Made by a program: the position numbers and the translations under genes. Below, piece by piece: positions 21,034 to 29,461 of a stretch of DNA of 64,000 nucleotides (positions are counted from its first letter, which is position 1; the number at the start of each line of letters is the position of its first letter). Source of the stretch: Calditrichia bacterium (GTDB lineage Bacteria > Calditrichota > Calditrichia > JAJRVZ01); NCBI GenBank assembly GCA_963796965.1, contig CAWCNS010000009.1, positions 544,001 through 608,000 of the forward strand. Direction: 5' to 3'. The notes under the pieces are model-generated. The model had not been told where the DNA came from. It was given only the letters and a program-made list of their open reading frames with translations, and did no database searches.

Positions 21034-21750
21034 TTAATCATACCAGTTGAGCAATTGAACTTCGATATTTTTATTTTCTCGAACTAATGAGACAAATTTG
21101 TCCATATCACTTAATCCGCCTTTACCCCTATAATGATAAGGTATAACTACTTTCGGTTTCATCTCTAGCACAGCCGAAGCCGCCTGCTCCACCGTCATGG
21201 TGTAAGGTAGATTCATGCAAACAAAAGCAAAATCAATATCTGTTAATGTCCGCATTTCTTTGATATCCTCCGTGTCACCCGAAATATAAATGCGTTGTTT
21301 ATTTGCGGTAATGACATAACCATTTCCGCGTCCCTTCGGATGGAATTTCAATCGATCCTCACTAAGATTGTACATAGGGATTGCTTCAATTTGAATATTC
21401 TCAATAATCCTAATCTCACCATTGTTTAGCACCAATCCATCCTGCAATTTATCATAAACCGCCTGTGGAGAAATAATAACGGTTGATTCTTTTTTTACCG
21501 ACGATACTGTCTCTAAACTCAGGTGGTCACCGTGGATATCTGTAATCAAAATAATGTCTGGCTTTGCCTGTCCCTTGAAAGTTTCATCCCCTCCAACCGG
21601 ATCCACATAAATAGTTTTTTCACCAACAGAGAGAATGAAGGTAGCATGGTTGATTGGAATAATATTTATATTTCCCTCATTTTCTCCAGCATATAAAAAT
21701 ACTGTCAAATTTAGAATTAAGAGCACGGATACTAATTTTTTTGACGACAT
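21034..21750 (-). CDS. Metallo-beta-lactamase fold hydrolase (UlaG/UPF0173-like), secreted
   Basis: TDIHGDH, ISGDT, MNLPYTM and PYHY; signal peptide after ATG 21750 with AAGGGG RBS. Confidence 0.85.
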   Translation of the reverse strand: MSSKKLVSVLLILNLTVFLYAGENEGNINIIPINHATFILSVGEKTIYVDPVGGDETFKGQAKPDIILITDIHGDHLSLETVSSVKKESTVIISPQAVYDKLQDGLVLNNGEIRIIENIQIEAIPMYNLSEDRLKFHPKGRGNGYVITANKQRIYISGDTEDIKEMRTLTDIDFAFVCMNLPYTMTVEQAASAVLEMKPKVVIPYHYRGKGGLSDMDKFVSLVRENKNIEVQLLNWYD

Positions 21751-21977
21751 TATAATCCCCTTTATTTTACATTTTATACCTGGTGAAGACATCATTGGAC
21801 CCTGGGTCACTTGCTCGTATTCTGACTCGAACTTTTCTGCAATAAATCTAAACAAATCCTTTGCTTCTTTTATGGTCAAATTTCCCTCTTATTTAAAACG
21901 ATACCCAAGATGTGATATTTAGATTGGCCCTTAGCAAACGGCCATTACTGTGATTCCCTAATAATATCTCATGATTT

Positions 21978-22838
21978 TTAATATTGTATCAATAACCTCA
22001 TACCAAATTGATCAGGACTTATCTCTGGTAAAAGACTCACAAGATAGATATCATTTTTTTTAAATATATTAGTTCTAAGATAAGGCAGCGCCCATTTATC
22101 AAAACCATAACTCCCCACGACAGCAATGGAGCCTGTCAGACCATCACGCCAGGAGAATCCATCTCCACCAATCCAGCCATATTCCTCCCAGGGCAAAAAT
22201 CCATCTTTAATCTCCCACAGCCATATTACTGGTAATGAATGTATAAGTGCCGATTCCTGCGATTCTGTATGATTTGATATGGCCCAATACAATCCTCCTG
22301 AAGCAGCAAAATGCACCCACCATGAATGTCGATTTCTAAACATCTCTTCAAAACCAAACGGCCCATCTTTCGCCCAGCGGAATCCCCCGGTAGATTGTCC
22401 CTCTACAATGACAATACCCATCAATATCGCAACGGTAGAACCAATTATAAACTTAGCAGCATCGTAGCGGGCCACGTAACCCAAAAAGAGATCAATTCCC
22501 TCACCAATGGCATATCCTTCCCAATAGCCCTTCCACTCCTTATTAAAATTAAACGGATCCAACTGCAAACCACTTTTTGTGTCATAGGACATAATTTGGT
22601 AGCTAAGTGCAGCTATACCGACAGATGTGAGTCGGTTCTGCCAGGTATTCATAGGAAAATCAAAGGTGGATTCTGCTAAGGCCTTACCATATCCGGCAGC
22701 AAAAATACCCATTGCTGCTCTAGCCCCAGGGGCTTGTTCGTCGGTTACATAACTCTTCAAATAATCACTCAGTTGCCCGTTAACCGGCTGCATCATGACT
22801 ATAACAATCAGAGAAATCTTTACCAGAAATTCGTTCAT
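21978..22838 (-). CDS. Hypothetical membrane/secreted protein
   Basis: Long ORF with signal-like N-terminus, 'HFAASGG', 'WEIKDG' and 'GFSWRD' (VanZ/YfiM-like flavour, unconfirmed). Confidence 0.55.
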   Translation of the reverse strand: MNEFLVKISLIVIVMMQPVNGQLSDYLKSYVTDEQAPGARAAMGIFAAGYGKALAESTFDFPMNTWQNRLTSVGIAALSYQIMSYDTKSGLQLDPFNFNKEWKGYWEGYAIGEGIDLFLGYVARYDAAKFIIGSTVAILMGIVIVEGQSTGGFRWAKDGPFGFEEMFRNRHSWWVHFAASGGLYWAISNHTESQESALIHSLPVIWLWEIKDGFLPWEEYGWIGGDGFSWRDGLTGSIAVVGSYGFDKWALPYLRTNIFKKNDIYLVSLLPEISPDQFGMRLLIQY

Positions 22839-23067
22839 CGTTTCATTTATGGGAGAGTGGATTTTTTTGGGCCACAGTGAACTCAGAGAAAAAATAAGTA
22901 TATATTGCATTATATAAGTAAAATTTTTTCATATTAATTCCACTTATCCTAATTGTTAACTTTTCTTAGTAAGAATACTGTAAATGACAAGAGGCCGTTG
23001 CTTACTAGGAAGGTGTGCCCACGATCTATGCGGTAAGTAAACCGTCCGTCAGTTGTGTGGAATGTTT

Positions 23068-24033
23068 TTATTCTAATGTATGGGGCAATTCCCTTAGGTG
23101 TGCAGTAGTTTCATATTTTGATGTAAAATCTTTAAATGCCCTTTCAACTGCCTCTTCCGATAAATTCAATACTTTCGCCGTCTCGAATACGGGTACTTTG
23201 TTTTCCCAGGCGTAAAGCAAATGATCCAGTTTGTCAAATGCAATTCTGAAGAAGAATTCCTGATCGCTAACCGGAAGACTGAATGTATCCGGACTCGGTT
23301 GCCGGTTAACAATCTCAGGGATTACATTGAGATGATCAGATAATTGATAGATTTGATTTTTATAAAGATAGGATAGTGGTTCAATATCCGTTCCCCCGTC
23401 ACCATATTTGCAAAAATCGCCTAATATAAATTCTGTCCGGTTAGTCGTGCCAGCCACCAAAAGACTCCTTTTCTCGCCTTCAGCATAGAGGTGTAACATA
23501 CGTGATCGTATTTTTATGTTGGCAAACGATGTAATGGTCCGAAACTCTTCCGGCCGCAAGCGTTTTTTCCTGATCTCACCATCAGGCATTTTTACCTGAA
23601 GATTATAAAAACTAAATGAAGCCCTCTCCAAAAGATCTGTGGGTAGTGTAATATTATATTTATAACCTGGTTGATATTCAGGGAGCAAGTTTTGTATAAA
23701 ACTATCGCGCCAATTGTATAGAACCACACTGTTAACTGTATCAGACACATCAATCTGACGAAATTCAATTCCCAGAGATTGAGCGTGTTTAGTTGCATAT
23801 TCGCTACTGACAGGGTTGGATTCTTTTTCAGGGAGTATTAATCCAACCACTTTGTCTTTACCTAATGCGTGGACAGCGACAGCTGCAATACAGGCAGAAT
23901 CAATTCCGCCGCTCAATCCAACAACAATTCCCTTTTTACGGAAGACAGTATTTACTTCATTAACGATAAATTTTGATAGTTTTTCCAATTCCTGAGCAGG
24001 ATCAATTTTTAGTACATCCAGATTAAAACTCAC
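23068..24033 (-). CDS. nadE: NH3-dependent NAD+ synthetase
   Basis: GLSGGIDS, ANIKIRSRM, GTTNRTE, KYGDGGTD and PSPD; GTG start with GGAGG RBS. Confidence 0.88.
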   Translation of the reverse strand: MSFNLDVLKIDPAQELEKLSKFIVNEVNTVFRKKGIVVGLSGGIDSACIAAVAVHALGKDKVVGLILPEKESNPVSSEYATKHAQSLGIEFRQIDVSDTVNSVVLYNWRDSFIQNLLPEYQPGYKYNITLPTDLLERASFSFYNLQVKMPDGEIRKKRLRPEEFRTITSFANIKIRSRMLHLYAEGEKRSLLVAGTTNRTEFILGDFCKYGDGGTDIEPLSYLYKNQIYQLSDHLNVIPEIVNRQPSPDTFSLPVSDQEFFFRIAFDKLDHLLYAWENKVPVFETAKVLNLSEEAVERAFKDFTSKYETTAHLRELPHTLE

Positions 24034-24297
24034 GTTTACCTCCTAGAACATGACCGAAAAGTAATAAGACCGTTGAGCGTTGAGTAGCCAGAACAACTAT
24101 TTCTCAGCAATAACACATCGGTCTTTATCCACAAATTTTCCGCCTTTGCCGGATCCCGCCAATGAGCGGGCAGGCAGGCGGTGACTGATACTAATTAGCA
24201 TGAATTTTTTTATTGATACACCTAATTAAGATATCAATGTTCAGTCATTTTATTTTTTTAATGGAAATTGGTGAAATTCGTGGAAAATATTTTTTGC

Positions 24298-25239
24298 TTA
24301 ATAATGAGCCATAAAGCCCATTTCCTTAATCCACTCTCTCACTTGTTTTGAATCGCCAGTGATATGAATATTCATACGCAGATAATTATTAAAGTCATCA
24401 ATCGCTTCTTCTATATGGTCTAATTTTTTATGGGCCATTCCGCGATTTTTATAAGCATCTGCATATCGGGGATTAAGTAATATCGCATTTGTAAAATCTA
24501 CAATTGCTTCTTGAAAACGATTTAAGCTGGCATATGCCCTTCCGCGATCATTATAAGCACCGGCATCTATGGGATCAATATCAATAACATTGTTCAGATC
24601 AATTATCGCCTCCATAAATCGCCCCATATCATGAAACACCCGGCTTCGATAAAGGTAAGCGCTGGTGCTATTTGGGTCCATCTCCATTGCCGTAGAGAAA
24701 TCGTCAAGGGCTTTTTCTGATGATAATAGATCTAAGGAATAAACATAACCGCGATAATTGTATGCATCAACATTTTTCGGATCCAATTCAAGAACCTTAC
24801 TGAAGTCTCCAATTGCTTCTTCGTCTTTGTCGACTTCCATCAGATAAGCAAAACCGCGGATAAAATATGATTCGAGATCTTTTGGGTTTATCTCAATGGC
24901 CTTAGAAAAATCCGCTATTGCCTCGCTATATTTTCCAAGATGATAATAAGCATAACCACGATTAAAAAAATCAGCAGCATAACCTGAATCTAGTGACATT
25001 GCCTTTGAAAAATCTTTTACAGCCTTTTCCATTTCGCCGAGATCAAAATAGGCACATCCCCGGTTATAATAACTGGCAGGATGATCAGGATTAAGCTCGA
25101 TTGATTTTGAATAATAATAAAGCTTCTTTCTGGTTTCGCTACAATAGAAGCCCTTATCAAACCAATCGGGTGCTTTAATTTCACCCTTAGATATTCGGAC
25201 GTCTTTGATATCTTTAGATTCTATTGGATTTGATTTCAT
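24298..25239 (-). CDS. Tetratricopeptide repeat protein, paralog of 17872-19083
   Basis: TPR repeats plus shared N-terminal 'ISK...WF.KGF...K..YY' segment. Confidence 0.9.
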   Translation of the reverse strand: MKSNPIESKDIKDVRISKGEIKAPDWFDKGFYCSETRKKLYYYSKSIELNPDHPASYYNRGCAYFDLGEMEKAVKDFSKAMSLDSGYAADFFNRGYAYYHLGKYSEAIADFSKAIEINPKDLESYFIRGFAYLMEVDKDEEAIGDFSKVLELDPKNVDAYNYRGYVYSLDLLSSEKALDDFSTAMEMDPNSTSAYLYRSRVFHDMGRFMEAIIDLNNVIDIDPIDAGAYNDRGRAYASLNRFQEAIVDFTNAILLNPRYADAYKNRGMAHKKLDHIEEAIDDFNNYLRMNIHITGDSKQVREWIKEMGFMAHY

Positions 25240-25386
25240 CGTTGTAGAATATATCTATAAAATACATCAGATCTGTTAATTGAATTCGTATCATTCATTT
25301 TTATTTAACAGTTGTCATTCTGTTCAAATTATCCTTTTGTTCTCTACACAGAATCTCACTGAAAGCATTTTAATTTGGAGGGAAAA

Positions 25387-25647
25387 TTACTTTTTTTTAT
25401 GATTTAATATCTTTGTATTTAGTATTTCACTTCGCTGGGTACTATGATCGTATGAATTAAATGTATGATAGAAATTTTCACAAGCCGGACATTCAATCAA
25501 AACTTCCAGAATATTGGATTTTGCATCAAATTCATACCCCAGGGCGTGGCCAACAGCATCTTCAGAACAATGGGGACAGACCTCTGGGAACTGAACCTGG
25601 ACAATTACTATCTTACCATTATAATTAAATACAATCGGCTTTTCCAT
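25387..25647 (-). CDS. Small zinc-ribbon protein
   Basis: CPHC...CPAC pair; AGGT RBS. Confidence 0.6.
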   Translation of the reverse strand: MEKPIVFNYNGKIVIVQVQFPEVCPHCSEDAVGHALGYEFDAKSNILEVLIECPACENFYHTFNSYDHSTQRSEILNTKILNHKKK

Positions 25648-25881
25648 TGCACCTATGCCTTAAAATACAAGATAAATGAGATCTTTTAATCCAAACACCT
25701 GCTATGATTCCTTCGCGCTAAAATACATAATGAAACCATAACTTCAAACAAAATAAACATCTATCAAAAATTTTATGTGCGGTAAATCAAAAAAATAGGG
25801 GAAATAAAATGATCAACAATTCTCCCATTTATTCAGAAATGAGTGAATTAAAAATCATCCGGTTCCAATTAATTAAAAGAT

Positions 25882-26076
25882 TTATCGGAACATATCAATA
25901 GTGGCCGTCTCAACTTTTTCCAATTCGTCGAGACGTTTGAGGAGGCCAAAACAATATCCAGACCATATGGTTCGATTTAGCCTTAGGGATTTTTGAAGAA
26001 TTTCGATGACAATCTGCTGATCAGCATCATCGAGTCTTTTAAAATAGCCAAGCATTTTTTTCTCTTCTCTGGTCAC
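25882..26076 (-). CDS. Small hypothetical protein
   Basis: 64 aa, GTG start with GGAG RBS; helical 'EEKKMLGYFKRLDDADQQIV'. Confidence 0.45.
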   Translation of the reverse strand: MTREEKKMLGYFKRLDDADQQIVIEILQKSLRLNRTIWSGYCFGLLKRLDELEKVETATIDMFR

Positions 26077-26508
26077 CGAAATCTCCAGACTTATATGCCG
26101 AATCTTGTGTTCTTTAATTTAAATGGATTTTTTGTTGAAGAGTAATGTATTGATTGATGCACCGGTGTATGAATATTATACGATAAAAATTTAACAAAAT
26201 CTCATGAAACACGAAGAAAATCTGAAGATATCTCTCTCAAAAACTTATTCCCTTAAGTCAAAAACTAATACACCTGGCACTATAATCTCATGAGTTCTGA
26301 AAAAAAACACAAATTTTGTATCAGCAATCACAAACTGAATTACTATCATTTTTCAAATTAGTAACAAAGGAAGGTATTGTTAAATGAAAAAACGTCTCTT
26401 GTTATTAAAATTTGATCTAATACTTCTTCGTCTTCGCATTAAATTATTTTTTAAAAACATAATATTAATAAAAGTTAGGCCGAAGATTAATCATTAGAAA
26501 CTAATATT

Positions 26509-26582
26509 GGGCGAGTAGCTCATTTACGGAGAGCGCCTGCATTGCGAGCAGGAGAAGATAGGTTCGATCCCTGTCCCGCCCG
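26509..26582 (+). tRNA. tRNA-Ala(TGC)-like gene with atypical acceptor stem (possible pseudo-tRNA)
   Basis: Cloverleaf: acceptor GGGCGAG/CCCGCCC, D stem GCTC/GAGC, anticodon stem CCTGC/GCAGG with TGC at 26543-26545, T arm ATAGG-TTCGATC-CCTGT. Confidence 0.75.
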
Positions 26583-26616
26583 CAAATTTTATTCATTTAT
26601 CTTTTTACTGTATCAT

Positions 26617-26841
26617 TTAGGAAGTACTTTTCACAAGAACATCTCCCTGACCTGGTGGTACAAAATAACCTACAATAAAACTGATGATGGTGGTGAATGC
26701 TGCTGCTATCTCTCCGGTGATTTGATGCTCAACCGAAAACACAAATGTATTTAACACCCAAACTAACAGAGTTGTTATTGCGCCGCCTAAACTTCCCGCT
26801 GTAACTTTTCTTGTAGGCATTTTTCTATCAGATTCAGCCAT
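26617..26841 (-). CDS. Small 2-TM membrane protein, holin-like
   Basis: PTRKVTAGSLGGAITTLLVWVL...AAAFTTIISFIVGYFVP; start overlaps the DPP III stop (TAATG). Confidence 0.6.
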   Translation of the reverse strand: MAESDRKMPTRKVTAGSLGGAITTLLVWVLNTFVFSVEHQITGEIAAAFTTIISFIVGYFVPPGQGDVLVKSTS

Positions 26842-28511
26842 TATTTTATATCCTCAAAAGATTTTTCAATTTGAAAAACTGGTTTTATATCCACCGGTAA
26901 GTCACTCAATTTCAGACGAAGTGCTTCCATAGATGGCGATAGAATCGCATAGTTGGCAATTAACGCTTTCGCACCTTCATAATCCCCCTCAGCCTGTATG
27001 GTTAGTATTTTTGTGGCCAGTTCTTCTAAAGCATTATATATCTTCTCAGAATTTACCCGAACACGGCGGTTGGTCGCATTATATTGATACGCATCCTGTT
27101 CTAATAAATAATTATAAATAATCGCTGATCCTGCACCATGGGCCTCTGAAATACCAAAACGGATTGTACGAAATATCCCAGCTAAAAATGTAACATAAGT
27201 TTCATTTTCAAATGATTTTGGGAAAACACCTTTTTCTATCATAAAGATATTGTTATACATACCCAGAACATCAGCCTTGCATTCTTCCAAACTGGAGTAT
27301 GTTTCTTTTAGTTCTTTTTTTACATCCGTTTCTCGTCCATTAATTGTTATATTGCCCGGACCCACACCATGCGACATTTCATGCATTAGAGTATGCTTAA
27401 AAAAGGAATTAAATGTTACATTCTGCAATTGATCCTCAGCTAACACAATTTTCGCAATTGGGTTCAGTAATTTTTCAAATTTGGCCTCATGAAGATTTTT
27501 TAGCATAACCTTTTTTGAACCCTTGGCTTCTCGTACACGCTCATCATTTGGTAGATTAAATGCTAACGTCTGAACACCTGCTTTATTGTCCCCACCGGCA
27601 AAGATTTCTTGAACAACCACAATTGGAGATTCTGAACCACGATCAAAATTTTTATATGCGTCCGGAATAGGAAGATGCTTCTCGATATCAACAAGATAAT
27701 TTGCAAAAATTGCAAGTCTTTTACTCTCTTCAGGATCCACAATTGTTAAAAAGCTTTCAAATGCTGCTTTATAATTAAACATTTCATCTTCATAGACTTC
27801 ATAGGGACCAATGACAATCTCAATGGTATGATCTTTTAAATCCATCCAGGCCATATCACTTTCATAATAATCATTTGATTTAAATGCAGCAGCTCGGGTT
27901 AATAAATATTTTTTCAAAGAAGGATTATCAGCAAATTTTGCAGCTTTCTTCAAATAGCCCATGGCTTTCTCAAGTTTTTCCTTATAGAATTCCGAATAGG
28001 GAATTGCAACTAATTGCTTGCCCTCTCTTCTTATCATCGTAAACTCAGATGTAAATGCCTCTTCATCTTCCGGATGATTCTTAAGCCACATTTCAAATTC
28101 TTGTTTGGTTATATCCTCGGGATAAAAATTGGCCCCTAACGGCTTTTTTTCATTCCCCATAAAAGGTTCATTATGCTCCAAACGATCAAATGGTCCATAC
28201 ATGATCTCAAAATATTCTAGATTCTTCTGAGATTCTTCAGAATCATCATTAAGAAGTTGAGATTTTATTTTGTCATTTTTAGAATATACTTGTTCGAAAA
28301 ATAGTTCATCCATTATCTTACTAGCATAATATAGATTTTCAACGACCTCCTTTTGACGGTCATTAAGGATCGATTCATCATATTTAATTATAGTTGGTGC
28401 AAATTGCGCAATTTTCTTTGACATATCGTCCCCTTTTTGCTGATTATTCTCACACGCTATCATGAATATCATCATGGCACTCAAATAAATCGCAACGAGT
28501 TTGAATTTCAT
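26841..28511 (-). CDS. Peptidase M49 / dipeptidyl peptidase III, lipoprotein
   Basis: IGPYEVYED, AFNLPNDERVR, HEMSH and EECKAD; lipobox-like MIAC. Confidence 0.88.
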   Translation of the reverse strand: MKFKLVAIYLSAMMIFMIACENNQQKGDDMSKKIAQFAPTIIKYDESILNDRQKEVVENLYYASKIMDELFFEQVYSKNDKIKSQLLNDDSEESQKNLEYFEIMYGPFDRLEHNEPFMGNEKKPLGANFYPEDITKQEFEMWLKNHPEDEEAFTSEFTMIRREGKQLVAIPYSEFYKEKLEKAMGYLKKAAKFADNPSLKKYLLTRAAAFKSNDYYESDMAWMDLKDHTIEIVIGPYEVYEDEMFNYKAAFESFLTIVDPEESKRLAIFANYLVDIEKHLPIPDAYKNFDRGSESPIVVVQEIFAGGDNKAGVQTLAFNLPNDERVREAKGSKKVMLKNLHEAKFEKLLNPIAKIVLAEDQLQNVTFNSFFKHTLMHEMSHGVGPGNITINGRETDVKKELKETYSSLEECKADVLGMYNNIFMIEKGVFPKSFENETYVTFLAGIFRTIRFGISEAHGAGSAIIYNYLLEQDAYQYNATNRRVRVNSEKIYNALEELATKILTIQAEGDYEGAKALIANYAILSPSMEALRLKLSDLPVDIKPVFQIEKSFEDIK

Positions 28512-28789
28512 AGTATTTACCCCTTCATTTTTGACTATCCCTACATTCTTGTTCTGATCTTTCGAGAAAAGTAATGATTAAATCAGAATTTATAGAGGAA
28601 GTTTTAGCAATACAATATTAGGAGTTATTTTAAGGAGGGAAATTGTATGAACAATACGTGATAAAATTATATTTTAGACAGGATAATCCCGACATAACCG
28701 GGATCAAATATTTCCTTATTTATAGTTTGTATCATATGATACTAAGCAAATTTTTATGCTTTTTATAATTATTTACTGGAGGTATCATC

Positions 28790-29330
28790 ATGGATTCTAA
28801 TCTTTCGAAAAGACTGCATTCAAAATCAGTCAAGAATGCGATTGTCAATAATATTTCTCATGATTTTAATCTGACTCGGATTCTTGCGGAAGCCTATTTC
28901 AGTCAAATCAAAAATTATTTCTTAGAACATGCGGACATTAGTCTTTCTTCAGGACAGATGCAGTATCTGGCCGTTGATGATCGTGAACGAGCGGGCAAAC
29001 CTGTTACATTATGTAAGAAAGACTTCCGTACGTCTCACCGTGCACGATGTTGATGAAGACCTGGATGTTTATAAGAAAGAAGGTCTTACTGGTCTCAGGC
29101 ATCACCGCCTATTGCGTATTACCAGGGAAGCGATTGAACAAGGTGCTCTCCTATCCTATGAAGATATTGCCTTCATTCTTACCACCAGTGTCGTTACTAT
29201 TAAACGGGATATCGCTGCTTTGAGACGATCTGGTCTTACCATCCCATCCAGGGGATGGCGTCATGCTCAAATTCTGCCCAGTTATTTCCTATATCAATCG
29301 AATACACTCTCCCCAAGTTCTATTGAATAG
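28790..29330 (+). pseudogene. DUF1670-family HTH protein fragment (mobile-element associated), frameshifted and truncated
   Basis: 'RLLRITREAIEQGALLSYEDIAFILTTSVVTIKRDI..LR..G..IPSRG'; frameshift near 29020; similarity breaks off after RGWRH. Confidence 0.6.
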
Positions 29331-29428
29331 CACGCGGATAAACACGGATTGAGCTGATGATCGCGGATTTTTAATTAATTTTATGTATCCGCGCAAATCC
29401 GTTTGATCAGCGAAATCAGCGTTCTATT
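29326..29428. repeat. Inverted pair of tandem nonamer repeats
   Basis: CACGCGGATAAACACGGATT...GCGGAT versus ATCCGCGCAAATCCGTTTGATCAGCGAAATCAGCGTTCTATT. Confidence 0.6.
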
Positions 29429-29461
29429 ATTTTTTCTATGGTTTTATAGTATCATACGATA

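Noticed and set aside
22985..23062. GC-richer imperfect hairpin downstream of nadE as an integron attC site
   Set aside because: A GTTGTGT end is present but there is no matching RYYYAAC box, no second copy and no integrase; more likely a terminator or decayed repeat
26542..26754. 70-aa ORF on the plus strand
   Set aside because: It starts inside the tRNA-like gene and is antisense to the membrane protein gene
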